From positions 976,786 through 1,040,785 of the forward strand of contig NW_018404940.1 in the NCBI RefSeq assembly GCF_002113885.1: DNA of 64,000 nucleotides, in the 5' to 3' direction. Below the pieces are notes generated by a model that saw nothing but the letters and a program-made list of their open reading frames with translations, had not been told where the DNA came from and ran no database searches. This stretch comes from Mizuhopecten yessoensis. Taxonomy: Eukaryota. The translations under genes and the position numbers were made by a program. Below, piece by piece: positions 63,273 to 64,000 of the stretch; within the stretch, counting starts at the first letter, position 1; the number at the start of each line of letters is the position of its first letter.

Positions 63273-64000
63273 AAATCAAAGTGCCAAGGGCACTCAGGGA
63301 TGCTGTGTATGAAGGATTCAAATAATGGAATAAAGGAGGTGGTATATCAGTACAGAATGGCAGTAAAATATAAAGAACATGTTGTTGAGTAAGGGTCATA
63401 ATAGCCCATCCCTTAATCATAATTTTCAATAAAAATATATATAACAAGGAGAGTATTGCTAAAACTATATAGGTCCCTTACTGGCTACCATTAGCAGTAT
63501 AAAAAGTGCCTCCCAGTCTGATTGTATATCTATTTAGAATGTCAGTTAATTAAGAATCTATGTGTTGTTACAATATCCTCAGATTGTCAATTACTAAGTT
63601 TGCTGGAGTTTTTGTCAAAAGCTAATGTCAAGTCCTGTACCTGAAGCACCAAGAACATTTATTTTAAAGTTGCTCCTGATACTATGAGTATAGCTTTTGT
63701 TAAGTTGCCCATTCCAATAACACCAAGCATGATTTGTATAAGTTGACCCAGCCTGGCACTCAATCTACGCAATATCCAGGACATTTTGTGTAACTTGTTC
63801 ATAGGTTATGAGATTACATTTAAACATTTACAAGTATTTAACAACACAGTATAATGGGTGAAAAGCATAAATCTGTACATTACAATTTAATAAAGTATCA
63901 TAATATGCACACGTCTGTGAACAGTTAAGGGGAGACAACTGCTAATTCAGCACAGCTCTGTTTGATATATCAACCCTGTTATTGAGTCCACTATGTTAGC

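Overview
Eukaryotic, AT-rich animal genomic DNA. The repeat families suggest a mollusc, probably a bivalve (inference). Three protein-coding genes were reconstructed by hand. (1) A complete 19-exon PWP2/UTP1 gene on the minus strand (CDS 27037 to 2411, 2742 nt, 913 aa, all phases consistent). (2) A complete 3-exon V-ATPase 16-kDa proteolipid subunit c gene (ATP6V0C, 27340-34930, 157 aa), head-to-head with PWP2, with start codons about 300 bp apart. (3) The last coding exon of TRAP1/Hsp75 (minus strand, 45098-45193); I found no further TRAP1 exon upstream, so the remaining ~18.8 kb is probably its last intron. Non-coding DNA is rich in minisatellites (29, 34, 37, 40, 42, 49, 69 and 146 bp units), Helentron-associated (HINE/pearl-like) elements, CR1/L2-like LINE and Penelope-like fragments, a SINE, a hAT-type MITE and tRNA-bearing mini-LTR (Helenus-like TRIM) elements. 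Most notable: several PWP2 introns begin with tandem copies of their own exon/5' splice-site junction, including 36 near-perfect copies at exon 8. Also found: a probable U12-type intron in PWP2 and a minimal hammerhead-ribozyme motif in a nested Penelope-like insertion. The long ORFs at 48-57 kb are tandem-repeat artefacts.
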